The notes beneath the pieces are model-generated. The model searched no databases and was not told where the DNA came from. It worked only from the letters and a program-made list of their open reading frames with translations. A stretch of 64,000 bases of DNA. Origin: Chrysemys picta bellii. Its lineage: Eukaryota. This document shows, in pieces, positions 49,540 through 62,820 of the stretch (position 1 is its first letter; every line of letters begins with the position of its first letter). The stretch is taken from NCBI RefSeq assembly GCF_011386835.1, contig NC_088798.1, positions 25,358,001-25,422,000 on the forward strand, written 5' to 3'. The position numbers were made by a program, and so were the translations under genes.

Positions 49540-52500
49540 GACTGAGTGGACTTGTAGGCTCTAAAGTTTTACATTGTTTTATTTTTGAATGCAGTTATTT
49601 TTGTACATAACTCTACATTTGTAAATTCAACTTTCATGATAAAGATATTGCACTATGGTAAATTTAAAAATACTATTTCTTTTATTTTTACAGTGCAAAT
49701 ATTTATAATAAAAAATAAATATAAAGTGAGCACTGTACACTTTGGATTCCATATTGTAATTGCAATCAATATATTTGAAAATGTGGAAAACATCCAAAAA
49801 TATTTATATAAATGGTATTCTATTATTGTTTAACAGCACAATTAATTGCGATTAATTTTTTTAATCATGATTAATTGTTTTAATTGCTTGACAGCCCTAC
49901 TTTTTATAAAGTTCTTTGAGCTCAACAGATTAAAAGAACAATATAAATGCTAAGTATTTAATAGTATTTCATCTGTATACATTCCAAACTTCTCAGCAGC
50001 TTAAACTTTTCTTTTTAAAATTTTCTTCAAAATTACATTGATTTCACAGCAAGACAAGTAGAATTCAATCCTGGACCAGTGACAAATTTACTGTCAATTA
50101 TCTCACAACTCATAGGTCTAGAGATGGGTGACAGATACAGCTGGAAAGGGGAAGTTTTCAGCTTTCCACTGGACATTCAGCAATTACTTCTAGCCCTGGA
50201 AGATCAGAAGGTGTCAGGCTTTAAAACTACAGAATACTGTATTGGGAGAAGTCACTGTAGTCATTTGTAGAGGTTTTGAAAATGTATTAGTTATAATTTT
50301 CCTTCTTTTCTAGAGCTTGTACAACTGATCTCATAGTACAAAGGCACTTTATGAACAGAAAGATGAGAAAATTAGCACCAATCCAATGTTTTAACATATT
50401 AAAATATTTGTAAAATATTTTTCTCTATAAAATATGTAGCAGTCACATGATTGTGTGGTGTTACTGGCACTTGTTTAAAATCATCTGCATAACTCACTCA
50501 CAGTGAATGTGGTCATTCCATAGTGAGGCTGGGATAACCCTTATACCATACCATCAGGCATTCTATTTTTTCCAGTTGTATAACACACATAGAATTTGGC
50601 CTGAAGAAAGAGATCCCTAATGCCGCAAGGTAGAGAACACAGCACTAATGAAAAAAAAAAGGGAAGATAGGCTGGACCAGAACTCTGAATTCTTGTACCC
50701 TAGAACTTTCAAGGGTATTCAGAATTTGAATCTGGCTGAATCCAAAACTTAATTTTGCAGGTGAAAGCCCCAGATCCTAACACTGGGCTGTTTCAAATCT
50801 TTTTGAAGCCCTTTCAATTCTGTTTGATCCCTCTCAACAAAACCAAGCCAACCAACCAAATAAAACTACCAGCAAGCCAAAAATGTGTAATAAACTGATG
50901 TCTGAAAAAAAAATCGTAATTCCCTTCTTGGAAAATTTGGAACAAATGACATTGTAAAACCAAAATTGTGTTTAAGGAGTTTTGCAGAAGTATATACATA
51001 GGGAAACTTTGTGATAAAAGTAAATGTCAGATAGTATAGCAGGCTAATGGGACACAATGGAAAATTTAAATCTACCTATTTATTTTATAAAGATGAAACG
51101 TAGAGTTTCACTGATGTTCAAAGCAAAGCAACATTACAGAGAAATGATTACTGGCAATAATTATTACCAAGAGAATGTTAAAAGTCTTAAGATGGGCGTC
51201 AGCATATGTCTCAAAATTCTATTAAAAATCAAAATACAAAATGTAGTGGTTGTAGCACAAATGTATCACCCTTATATAATATGTTACTAAAGCCCCAGTA
51301 TAATAAATATATATACCTCAGAGAATTAAAACTGTACAGGAAAATTAGGAATTTTCTATAAGCTGTACTGAACTCCAGCCTGCATTAATAGGTTTAGTTT
51401 GTGAGACAAAGTGGGGGCTATGGGGAGCAGTACCAAGGAAATGGCAGAACCCTTCTATTCCACGTAAAGAGGTTCCTCTCTAATGCTGCACATGGATTTA
51501 GGGAACAAAATTTGGGCCATTATAATTAATATTGGCTTTAGACCTTGATGAGATAGAATTAATAACATTGCAGACACAAAGATTAATTCATGTCTTGTGT
51601 GTTTTTAGATGTCACTTTTATGTGGATGATATTTTTGTTTTCTTTAGCAAACTTTAGATTTTGGTCCAACATTTACTGAATGCTGTTGAATTTGGGTTAA
51701 ATTTCCTTGGGCCTCAACCTGGCCTCTATTTATGGGGATACAGTATTAATAATAGGAATTAGCAATCTACCCAATTTGCAGGTGGAATCAGGTAGCCAGA
51801 AGGCTATGTTTTATAATGTACACTTGCAAAAAATTATCGGACCACAAAATATGGGTCCAAATATTTCAGAGCATAAACATGTGTCTCAAAATGAGAGGTC
51901 ACCTTTAAAATTGTCCTTTATCTTCAGTATCTGGTTGTAAGATAAATTAGTCAAAGGTGAGGCTTGCCCTTTAAATTAAGGTCGTTTCCAAACATTTTCA
52001 ATCATTTTACATTTAATTAAACCTCAGGTGGCTTAATGTGCCCAGGAGTTTTTACCAATTACTCACACAGCTGGAGCAAACAATTGAATTAAATTCGGAA
52101 CAGATTCTGATTGTAATCTGTAATGTCTCTTTAATGTGGTCTTTTCTCAACTTTACTTGCTGGGACAGGATGGGTTCAATACTAATGGTCCTCACCTAAC
52201 ACATCCTTGGTATTCTGAACACATTGTCATTTGGTTTTCCACTGCATTCTTCAGTGAAGTTTGTATCAGCATCAGCATGAACAGGTTCCATTGGCATGAA
52301 AAACCCCTCTGTTTAAAAAAAAAAACGAGGGAAAAGTTCTTCTTGATATATAAGAAATTAGGAGTAGTACAAAAAAAGGTCAAACTTTCTAACTTTTGTG
52401 CAGTCTGTGTATTCCCCCTTAGCCCCTGTCTAGCTGCTGTATGAAGACTAAAAAGCATTTTCCTTTCCTTTCTCATCCTTTTGCATTAGGCATTCATTCT

Positions 52501-55500
52501 GCTCTAGATGAAATACTGGTATTTATGTATTAAAACGTACGGCTTGTCTTTTAGAACATCCCAATATGACTTATTTGGGGGCAAATTCTGTTTTGTATAT
52601 TTAAAGTCAAATCCTTATGCCAAGCAGGAGTAAACAGGGGACTTGGGTATAATCCTCCTGCTCCAGATCACGCAGAGACAGTGGAGCTTCTCTTTGGCCA
52701 CTACTTCAACTTCAGGTGTGCATCTACGTCTGTGACTACTGCGTCCCCTAATCTGGCTGGAGATTTGGCTGGTGAATCGAGGCAGTCAGAGATCTACAAT
52801 GCTCAGACCCCTTCCCTGGCCTGTTCCTAACCCAACCTTCTACTACTCTCAAGCAAATAGAACCTGGAGCTATGTGGAGTCCCCTGTGCCGGCTTCCTCA
52901 ATCCTATGCTCTAGTGCTGGATGGCCCAATTCCACTCCAAATAGCGCAAGCAAACGAACAAAATACAACCCCTCCACCCCCCAAAGAAACCAAACAAAGC
53001 AAACCCCAAACAAGCTCTAGTAAGCATATTATTTGGAACTGTAGTTGTCCTTCGAATAGTATTGTAGATCATGATTAAATAGTACAATGACTTTTCTGGG
53101 GTAAATTAGCTACTTGGTTTACGGATATAGCTGTACAGATCCTGTTAATGTTAATGGGAGTTGCATGATTACATTGCTGCATACCTCATTGAAAACAAAC
53201 TCTCTTCTAATCAAGGGACCAAGTTTGTTTACCAGTTTTCCTCATTCGCAATTCTACTTTGTATATGTCAAAATTGTGACAATGACCTTAAACCATAGAT
53301 CAGATAATTCTAAATGAAACACACTGGAATGTGTGAGTGCATTTTCTCTGATGTACAAAGAAAACAAAGCTGTCTGTCTTCTTTTATAGTGCTATAGCCA
53401 AGATTTTATTAATGAAGGTTACAGTGACAGGCTGTATAATTACAAGACAAAACAAATCTAATACATCAAAGTTCTGCCCCTGTACACAGTGGAGATATAC
53501 ACCAGAGCTCTATAATACAACATTGACACTATAGTAACTAAGACCTCAAACTTATGAGTTCTCACTATTTAAAAATGATCCAGGTGTCAAAGTCTTTTTG
53601 AAAAAGATAGAAGAGAGAATAAAAACCGAAGGGCTATTGGCTAGATTTCTTCAGTAAGTCTGAGGGAAATTCAGAGTTGCTGCAACCTTTGGCAAGACTG
53701 TACAGTTGCTGCACCTAAAGGGAGTTCCCTTTTTTTCCCTGTTTATGAATGAATTACAAATAATATTAAATGAATATCAAACATTGATATTATATGATGT
53801 GCCAGATACAGTAGTAAAATGGGAGAATTTGATAGAATCTAATATGATAATTAAAATATGTATAAAAGGGAAGTCAGCTATAAGTGATACGGCTTTGGGC
53901 CAAATCTTGTTAACTTTTAATGCCTAGGTTTACCTCAGGTGCAATCTTGTTAGGGAAATAAGTGTTGCATTCATACTGATTTCTTTTATTGTAGTGACAA
54001 AGTGAAGCAGTAAGGCTAATATTTACAATCAAGCATGCCTATGCTATCAAGTTAGTGAAATACACCTGGGTAGAAAGAGGCACTCAGTAAAAGGAACCGA
54101 AACCTTTGGTATTTGTGAAACCAAATAGTGTGTTTATAAGGGCACTTGCTCACAGAATGGAATAATAGAAATGTGGCTCTTTAATTAATGCTGCATTGAG
54201 TCTGTGCATTCATATATCCCAAAGGTTCCACCATTGTTAAAACAAGGTGAATGGGAATGGAAGATTTATACATCTGTTCCAGCCCGCTGGAGAACAATAG
54301 TTCTTAAAATGACTTTGCATTGTGTAATGGACTGTTAAAACAAGTTTAAAAAGTATCAAAAAATATGGAGGGACTTTGTGTAAATTATATGAACTTTAAA
54401 CTGGACATTTCAGCAGCTAGCAGAGCATTGGTGGAGAAACTGAAACTTGAGCAAGCAGAACTGCAAAACTGGCCAAGGGATGCACCACAGAGGGGTGCAC
54501 AGAAGGTAAGTTGCGGACCAGCTGATGTTCAAGGTATGCCTCAGATAGTTGTACCATCAGTTATTGCCTAACTTGTCTTACACCAGTTGGTGTGACAAAA
54601 TGTGTTACACAAAGAGCCTGGAAAATTCCAGTACCTGTTGCAAGAACTCAGAAGTTGAAGTCTTGTTCCATGATTGGATAATGAGAGAGGTCGACTGTCA
54701 TTTTGGTTGGACAGTCAAAATCTTTGGAAGAAGTTTGGGTCACCGTCTGATTGATCCACACCCGCACTTCCAGGAAGAATAACCAAGCGAGACCGCTTAG
54801 AAGAAATAGGATAAAATGGCTTGTCTTCTTCAGCATGTTGCTTCCTGAGACTTCTGGTGACATAAAAATACCTATCTTGGATAGGCACATTTAGTGGTCT
54901 CTGTTTTCCAGCAATTCAGGTTACTTACTAATGACTTCAACAATTAATTTCTTTCCAAAATTAGATGTCTGGGACTAAATCCTGATAACATGAGACCTCT
55001 TTTTTATTAATAAGTGGTAACAATTATTCAAGTAAAAATAATGCTACAAGTGAGATGTTGCCCATGTATCTTTACATTTGGTGCAGGCTACATCTTTTAA
55101 ATTGACCAACAGTGTATGATTTTTCTTTTTCACCTACATCTTTCAAAAGAGACATGATTGTTGTGTACATCTTCAGAGAAATACATTTATACTGAATTTG
55201 TAGAGTGAAAAATATAGGATAAAAAGATCTGTTCTGGTCCATTTTCGGTGGTGGGTATACTCTCGGAAATCCATGCAGAGATAGTATTACCATAGTATCA
55301 CCAATAATAAATACTATTTCCATTTTTCTTTTGAGCCAACCTCCTTTTATTGAGGGCCATTACTCCCTGAGTGGGTATAATACATTCTTCTTTAAGAAGA
55401 TTGCTATTAGTGCTGCTTGTGTGGTAGCTCGCAGACTCTTTCATGACTTGTCAGTACAGAACAGGATTTAGGAAACCACAGGTAGTGACGATAGAGCACA

Positions 55501-55894
55501 ATTTTTGTTTAGTCAGCATGGATCCATTCCAAAACCCATTGACTTCAATGGGCTTTGGATCAGGTCCTTTGTGAGTTACAAAGCTGGAAAGGATTATAGG
55601 GGCTTGTCTACGTTCCACAGCCCAAATAATCACCTTCATATTCACGACAGCCAAGTCTTGTCTCTCTTCTATCACAAGCGACACTACATTGCCACTCCAG
55701 TAAAGAGTGGCAGAATGAAGTGAAGCTGGAGATCAAGCATATTACTTTCCCAGTGTGCCTCATGTTAGCCTGTATGGACAGACTTGAGCTTTCGTCTAAA
55801 ACTGCTGGGCATCCGCTCTAAGCTGCACCTAAAGGATGCTTTAAAATTGTGCCATAAAGTGCAGTTCATCATATGGCAATGCACAGGAAGTATT

Positions 55895-56051
55895 ATGAAA
55901 AATGTTTACACCACCCCTGTTCGGAAACTTTAGAGTTTGATCCCCAGCCTGAGCCCGAACATCTACACAACTATTTTTAGTGCTGTAGTGTGAGCCCAAG
56001 TCTGCAGACCAGGGCTCTGAGACTCACTGCTGCTTGCCATGTAGACGTACC
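55895..56051. mobile_element. PIF/Harbinger MITE fragment
   Basis: GAACATCTACACAACTATTTTTAG...GGGCTCTGAGACTCACTGCTGC...TGTAGACGTACCC right-end-like terminus. Confidence 0.5.
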
Positions 56052-57021
56052 CTTTGGTTTGTTTTTCTGTTTTGTATAAGGGGGATTGAGAATAGTTCTT
56101 ACCTACCTACCTCACAGGGTTGTATGACTTAGTCACATTTTCAAAATATAATGCAATATAAATAGTCCGCTATTTCAAAATATAATGCAACTTTGGGCAC
56201 GATCAAAGCCCTTTGAAGTTAAGGGACAGTGTCGTGTTGCTTTCAGGGGGCTTTGGGTATCTAATAACCAATAGTCGTATATAAAAGAGAATTTAGTGAG
56301 AACATATCCAAGTCTTTTGTACATCCACCTAAATCCTACCCTCAACTTGAAGTCTTTATTGAATTTTTGATGTTGGCATGACACAATACATGTCTAGCAC
56401 AAAGTTGATCCATAGGCAATGACATACTACACAAATATTTGCTCTGATATCATGGCCCAGCATAAACAAAAATGAGGAAATGGTCCCACTTCAGATATTT
56501 GTGCAAATTGTGTAGATTATTCTTAATTCATAGCACCCCATTAATATATTCTTAATGTGAAATTCTGTGTGCTTTTACACCAAAAAGAAATGGTTGCTGT
56601 TTTTTAAAAAAAGTAGCTGTGTTCTGTTTCCTGGCGCTTTCAGTAATCAGAGCAGCTATTATTCATCCAACCACCTTTCTGTCACAGAACCGGAATTTGG
56701 AAAAGCATGCTCTTTTTTTTTTTTTTTTTCAAACACAAGCAACATTAGTTACAGATTATTAAACCACAAAGAAGAATTTCACTCAGTCACAGCTCTGACA
56801 AACCTAGAGTTATGCTCTCATATGCAACACCAAAACCCATACTGACACTGAATCGCATTTTGCATTTTTCACACAGGCCACTTCCTTGAAGACTTATTCA
56901 GTTTAAAACCCACTCCCATTCATCTAAATCACAATACATGTGCCTGAATATAATGACTTGTATGTAGAAAACAAAAGAAATTATTAACATCGTACTTCTT
57001 CTTCATTTGGTTTAGAGTTTG

Positions 57022-57245
57022 AGAGGCAGTGAGGTTTAGTGCATGGGGCCCTGGACTGGGAATCAAGAGACCTGGTTTCTCTTCCTGTCCTTATGCAACT
57101 CACATTACCACTCTTTCCCACTATTTTTATATTTATATTGTAAACTCTTTGGGGAGGGGCTTTTCCTACTATGTGTCTATACAATGTAACCTGATCTTGA
57201 TTGGGGCTCCTATGCATTGCTGTATTTATTAATATAAATAATAAG
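57022..57245 (+). mobile_element. Old tRNA-derived SINE (MIR-like head, L2-type tail)
   Basis: GAGGCAGTGAGGTTTAGTG...GGACTGGGAATCAAGAGACCTGG head; TTGTAAACTCTTTGGGGAGGGG...TTGGGGCTCCTATGCATTGCTGTA...AAATAATAA tail. Confidence 0.55.
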
Positions 57246-59792
57246 ACCATCATGTACACCTTCTTCCTTCTACCCTGGCCCTTCCCTCAATAAGGAACTT
57301 TGTGTGGGATGCTACATGAGTTGGAATGACTAGAATCCACCTAACATAAAGATAATCTTTGGGAAATGAGGATCTAGGAAATGTTTTGAAAATGCCTTCC
57401 ATGTGGTTAAATCTTGTTCTTTTCAAAAGCAGAAGACTTGTTTTTGAGATTAATTATTATATGCACCTCAGGAATAAGTCATCTGTGTCAGGGATGATCC
57501 AGAATCCAGAGAGGAATGAACTCCTGGAGACGCAGAGAAATGAAGCCAATCTTCTAGTTTGGTGGAAGAATTTTAACAAGGGGCTTGTGGGAACCACCAG
57601 GAGGCTTCTGGGACCTATTCCAGCATGTCACTACAAAAAAATTATTGGGCAATAAGATTGTCAAGAATTAACTTCTTCCTATAAAATCACAATATTGTTT
57701 TAAATATTGTCTCCTTTCTTAATGACGAGAAAAGCCCCCCGCATTAGTACCCGCCCTCATTTAGTAGTTGTCCCTTTACCAACAGACCAGCAAAGGAAAG
57801 AAATTATATTTAACAGAAGCCCCCATTGTTTTGAGTTCCCCTCCTTGATTTAAAGCTGCAGAGGGTTATAATTAAGTGTAACACATGGCGCATCCTCCAA
57901 AGCTATGTGGTATTACACAATTAAAAATAAGAAAGAGCTCACAGAAACAACTGATCATAGTTAAATGTATGTATATGTTAGTGTTTTATCCTCAGGCATA
58001 TAATGAAAGAGTACAATTATAATATTGTTTCTTGAAGTGCTGAGAGAATCTTAATTTGTTGTAAAATTACTTAAGTGACAAAATCCTATAGGATAGTCTT
58101 CTATCTTCTGGATAAAGCTAGAAATTAAATTGTGTAATAATACAGGATTTTAATTAGATCTATAATGTATGGGCCATCAATTTTTAAGGAGAACTCTTCA
58201 CTGAAATGACTGGGGAATTCTCGTTGAAAGTGACAGAACAATAGGGCCCTATGCATTTATTTTAAAATACCATTTTTTAGTGTTTGAACCATATATTAAA
58301 TCTTTGAAAATGCTGCAGTAGCCAAATAAATAATACCACATAACTTGATGAGGGCGTACAGCAGACATACACTAATGAGATTTATTCGCATAATAGACTT
58401 ATTTTAGCAGTTATGTCACATGTCATAAACATAATATGTTAAGACAGTTTGAAGGAAATGATTTCTTTATTTAATTTCATCTAAGCAGAATGATTGAAGA
58501 GAATAATGGATGATTCCTTCTGGTTTAGACTTCCAAGAGAGCCTATCTCTTGCTATCTCCATTCTGGAAAAGAATTAATATGACACAGCATTTAATATCA
58601 TGTTGCAGGTTTTTTGTTCTTATGCATCAGAATATTAAAGAGGTGATCCATAAGACCGAATATTTTGTACTGAATATTTAAAATGATCTCAACTATGTTA
58701 TAGTGACACCATAGTTATAGATAGTATAGTACTTCCACCCTGATGAGGAGGGCTTGCCCAATGATCAGAATAGGTAAGATTCAGACCTACAGCATGCAGT
58801 GACAACTTGTCTATACATAAAAATGATTCAGCTCTGAAGTCTAATTTCTCATGGCCTCGCAGTGCTAAAAATAGGAACTTTATATAATTGGAAGGGGAGA
58901 GTCTTTGCTTCTATCCGTTGAGATTCCATCATATTGGACTTTAAAACCATACCTTTGAAGACATTTTGTGTCATTTCTGGAGATGTTTATGGCTCCCTGT
59001 GAGTCCTGTACAGTTGGGCTAAAGGACCAAGATTTTCAAAAAGTAGGAGCTGGAAGTCAGGCTTATAAATCCACATGTAAATGTAATAAACAACAAATAT
59101 TTTTAAAGTCCATTAGAATTTTCTATTGATTATGGCCAATAAGGTGCTTGGGGAGACAGGTATCAAATTATAGCATGAAAATCTCTAGAAATGTCCATAG
59201 GAAGTGCATAAATCCAAAGGTAATCAAGACTCCATTCAATCAACTTGAAATAGAGTTAATTAAAAAAAGTAGTTAAAAGAGGTACCTGGGACTATACCTG
59301 TTCCCCTGCCTATTTTTTATGATTTTACAATCACATTTTCTTATTTTTTTTAAATATTCCTCCCCTCCCCCTGCTTCTGTTTGAAAGATCCACATAAACA
59401 GCAAGGAACATTCACTGACAGCACAAGAAAAAAGTTAAATTCATTATATACAAGGGACTGGGTATCCTCTCACAAGTTTTGCAATTATGTAATAAAAAAA
59501 GAATCCGTTTCAACTTCCAAAGTGTTATTAAATATACAAACTAAGCAAACCCCAGAAAAAAAACCAAGATTTTTTTCTTTCAACCCTTTTTGGTTATAGT
59601 AATTTTAGGTGTCCCCTGTAACTATAGTAGGTCAAACAATTTTGAGGAAAAGTATCATTATTAAATTGACCATGTCCCTGTAAGTAGAAAGAAATGTCAT
59701 TAAAAAAACCTGATATAATGAAAGGCTTCAGTGGCCACCTCCGATATTTACTATTGGCTGCAGCACTCTGTTAGCAAGTTATTTTTGTTTGC

Positions 59793-60066
59793 AGTGGTGT
59801 TGTAGCCATGTTGGGCCCAGGATATGAGAGAGAGAAAAAGTAGGTGAGATAATATATTTTATTGGACTAACTTCTGTTGGTTAAATGGACAAGCATTTGA
59901 GCTACACAGAGCTCTTCTTCAGGTCTGGGATATACTCCTTGTATTTAGCTGACACATGCTGATTACCATTCCAAGACCTTCAGAAGAGCTCTGTGTATCT
60001 CGAAAGCTTCTCTCCTTCATCAACAGATAATTGGTTGAATTAAAGTCAAGATATTACCTTACCCAC
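59793..60066. mobile_element. Two inverted Penelope-like terminal segments
   Basis: 59793-59928 (GGTGAGATAATAT...GAGCTACACAGAGCTCTTCTTCAGGTCTGG) is mirrored by 59971-60066 (CCAAGACCTTCAGAAGAGCTCTGTGTATCTCGAAAGC...GATATTACCTTACCCAC). Confidence 0.7.
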
Positions 60067-60353
60067 TTAGGAAAGTTTCATCTCAGATGAGGTAAGAGGC
60101 TTTAACTACCCTTTGCTAAACCACTGTATAATGATAATATAATAATAATAACTTGGAGCCTCTCAGGCTCTCTCTTAAATGAGACATATTCTCTATAAAT
60201 CACAGACACAATAGTTTATTGTCTTAGTGCAAAGTAACCAAATTTGTTTGAAAGGATTCATCACTGCATGCCTCATTGTTAATGTTTCTAGTTGTCTGTT
60301 GCAGATTTTTTCTTAACTAGTGCCAGTGCATAGCGTTACTGACACCCCCACTC

Positions 60354-60356
<3 letters not shown>

Positions 60357-60384
<28 letters not shown>
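60357..60384. repeat. (TC)14 microsatellite
   Basis: Perfect dinucleotide run. Confidence 0.95.
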
Positions 60385-60387
<3 letters not shown>

Positions 60388-60645
60388 ATTATCTACTACA
60401 CCCACCATTATGGTATCTGAGAGCAGTATGTATCCCAACTGCTTACACATTCCTGGCTTTTTCTGGTCTCTGTTCTGACAGTTCAGATGATGTCCAGCTC
60501 CTCATAGTCTCCAGACAATGCTGGTTTGAAGGGAAAAAGTGAGGGCCCCCCATCTTTTTCACAATTCTCAAATGTCTTGAAAGGGCTGTCTCCCTCATCT
60601 TATCCATTCAGCATGGTTTGTACAAGTTGGGAGCAAAATAACTAA

Positions 60646-60735
60646 AGCTGGGATTTTCAAAGGTGCTCAACTCCCATTGGAATTTGATGGTAGCTAGGTG
60701 CCCAGCTCCCTTAAACAGCTATGAAAATCCCAGCC
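60646..60735. mobile_element. 90-bp palindromic MITE with TAA TSD (Harbinger-like)
   Basis: Perfect 13-bp inverted pair GCTGGGATTTTCA and TGAAAATCCCAGC; TAA at 60643-60645 and 60736-60738. Confidence 0.7.
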
Positions 60736-62038
60736 TAAAGGAATGAAGACAGGGTCTTGTCTTGCATGCTCCTGAAAAGACTTCTGGGGTGGTGCCTCTG
60801 CTCTGACAAGGTCAAGACTTAGGTTAAGACCCTTAATTTAATATAGTTTTCTGTATGTAATATCAATAAAAAGTATTCTAGCATGGATGCCCCACCCTCC
60901 AGCAAAGAGAACCACGCTGTTCTTTTTGTGATGACTCTAAAACTCACCATGTGGATTATACACATTTTTTTTCCTTAGCTCTATAAAGGGCAGCGATTCT
61001 TTTGTTTTTCAGAAGACATGCGTCACCACTGGGATGGTCAGACTAAACTTCTTAGCTGCGATACTTGGGAATGGAGGGAAGGAGAGGATGACAAAAACCT
61101 AGCAACCCCCGCAAAACTCCCACAGTTGTACTTTCAGTACAAACAAACATACCTTGCTCCTTTTCAGCAGATAGAGATTGCATCAGAAAGATGTATGTTT
61201 ATTCAGACTATTTCTGATGACATTTTGTTTTTTATTCCAATTGGTAGGAAACGAACACTGGTGTGTTTTTACTTCCTGAGTTAATTTAGGGCTTGTTGTT
61301 ACAAACTGCCAATTATTTATATTTAATTACCTAGGAATTTCCTCCGCCAAGAACACAGGAAATATTCAGTCCAGGATTAGTGACCTGTATCTCAGAACCC
61401 ACCGGGACCACTATGTACATGGTATATACAGAATACCCTAATGGTGTGGCATAAAAATTTGAGTGGCTTAGATAAAGGCTGGTCACATTACCTGAGTGGC
61501 AAAGCCAAGAATGAATTATTCAAGTAATCCCAAATGAGCGTATTCTGCTATGCAAACATATTTTACAGAAAAAGCATTTTTTAAAAATGTTAGCGAGAGC
61601 TTTAGAAATTGTTATTGATAGTATTTATTTTACCCTATTGCCTCTAAAACCAGGCAACCCTATTACCATGAGATCAGCTGTACAGACCGATGAAGGAGAA
61701 ATTCCAACTCACTCTATGTACTAAGTATTTAATGCAGTATTTCTGACATGAGTGCACACAAGAAGTAACTTTGCTCTATTTACACAGCCCTACAGCCTTT
61801 ATTTTCTAACTCAGGTAGGAACTTATAACTGTCAAACCAGCACAGAATTCACAAATGGTAATTGATCTTAAAAAGGGCTATCATGAATGGCTAACTCTTT
61901 AAAGAATGGGTTTTTTTTGTTTGTTTTTGTTACAGTATTTTGTGCTTTTGAAGACTTACGGATTGGTGACATATTGTAGTAACAATCTAAATACACTTCT
62001 TAAAGCAATATTATTATATACTTTCCCATCCCATCTCC

Positions 62039-62200
62039 TAGAACTGGAAGGGACCTTGAAAGGTCATCGAGTCCAGCCCCCTGCCTTCACTAGCAGGACC
62101 AAGTACTGATTTTTGCCCCAGATCCCCAAGTGGCCCCCTCAGGGATTGAACTCACAACCCTGGGTCTAGCAGGCCAATGCTCAAACCACTGAGCTATCCC
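62039..62200 (-). mobile_element. Turtle tRNA-derived SINE with CR1 tail
   Basis: Reverse complement of the 8576 family, ending CTCAAACCACTGAGCTATCCC. Confidence 0.9.
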
Positions 62201-62229
62201 GGTAAGGAGTTGCTGGGACTGCAGTCTGC

Positions 62230-62820
62230 TGTTTACCCTGAGGAGATAGAGGACCCATAGATTATGTAGCCATGCCAAGGAAGGGTGGTAGGAAGTAGCC
62301 CAGGGGAACCAGGCATTAGTCTGGTTATAGTGGATCCCCAGTGACCCAGTGGTGGGACTACCTGCCACTGTTAGGGCCCTGGGCAGGACCCAATGTAGTA
62401 GGATGGGCCTGGGCCCCCCATCTCCTGCTGTGAACCCCACCCTGGGGTGGCATCCTACTCATCCTAGGCCGGAAGGTCTGTGCCTTATCCATGGCTTGCC
62501 CCAGCCAGAAGTCTGTGAGCCCCAGACTCTCTTGTTTGCTGTCCGCAGTAGACAGGAGGCTTAGGCTATAGACTGCTCCCTGCTCTGTTCCACCCCAAGG
62601 GGCAGAGCTCCAGACTGTAGTCCCTATCTGCCCTAGACAAGAGACTAGACTAAAGATGACTTGTTACTCTGCCCTGCCCCAAAGGGCCCAGGTGGTAGAC
62701 TGTTAATTGTTGTCTGCCTAGCCAAGAGTCTAGGTCAAAGACTGATAATCTCCTGTAAATTCACTGTTTGATGGAGTGAGGCAGAGTGGCCTCCCTCTGA
62801 GCCTGACTGCTGGCCATGGA
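62230..62820. mobile_element. Probable LTR-derived fragment with degenerate internal tandem units
   Basis: GGAAGTAGCCCAGGG...AGGGCCCTGGGCAGGACCCAATGTAG...GGGCCTGGGCCCCCC, followed by repeated TAGACTG...CCCCAAGGG units. Recalled similarity only. Confidence 0.4.

Larger units (their letters stand above)
48119..49899. mobile_element. hAT element with long inverted arms, both derived from the transposase 3' end
   Basis: TIRs TAGAGCTGTTGATTAA and TTGCTTGACAGCCCTA; exact TSD CTTTTTAT (48111-48118 and 49900-49907). Arms ~48119-48765 and ~49310-49899 are reverse complements. Confidence 0.92.
47985..49965 (+). mobile_element. MIR/CORE-SINE split by the 48119 hAT element
   Basis: GCGACCATGGGAAAATCATTTAACCTCTGTGCCTGAGTTTTTCCACCTATGAAATGGG lies before the hAT, and AAAGTTCTTTGAG...TATAAATGCTAAGTATT lies after it. 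Confidence 0.55.
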
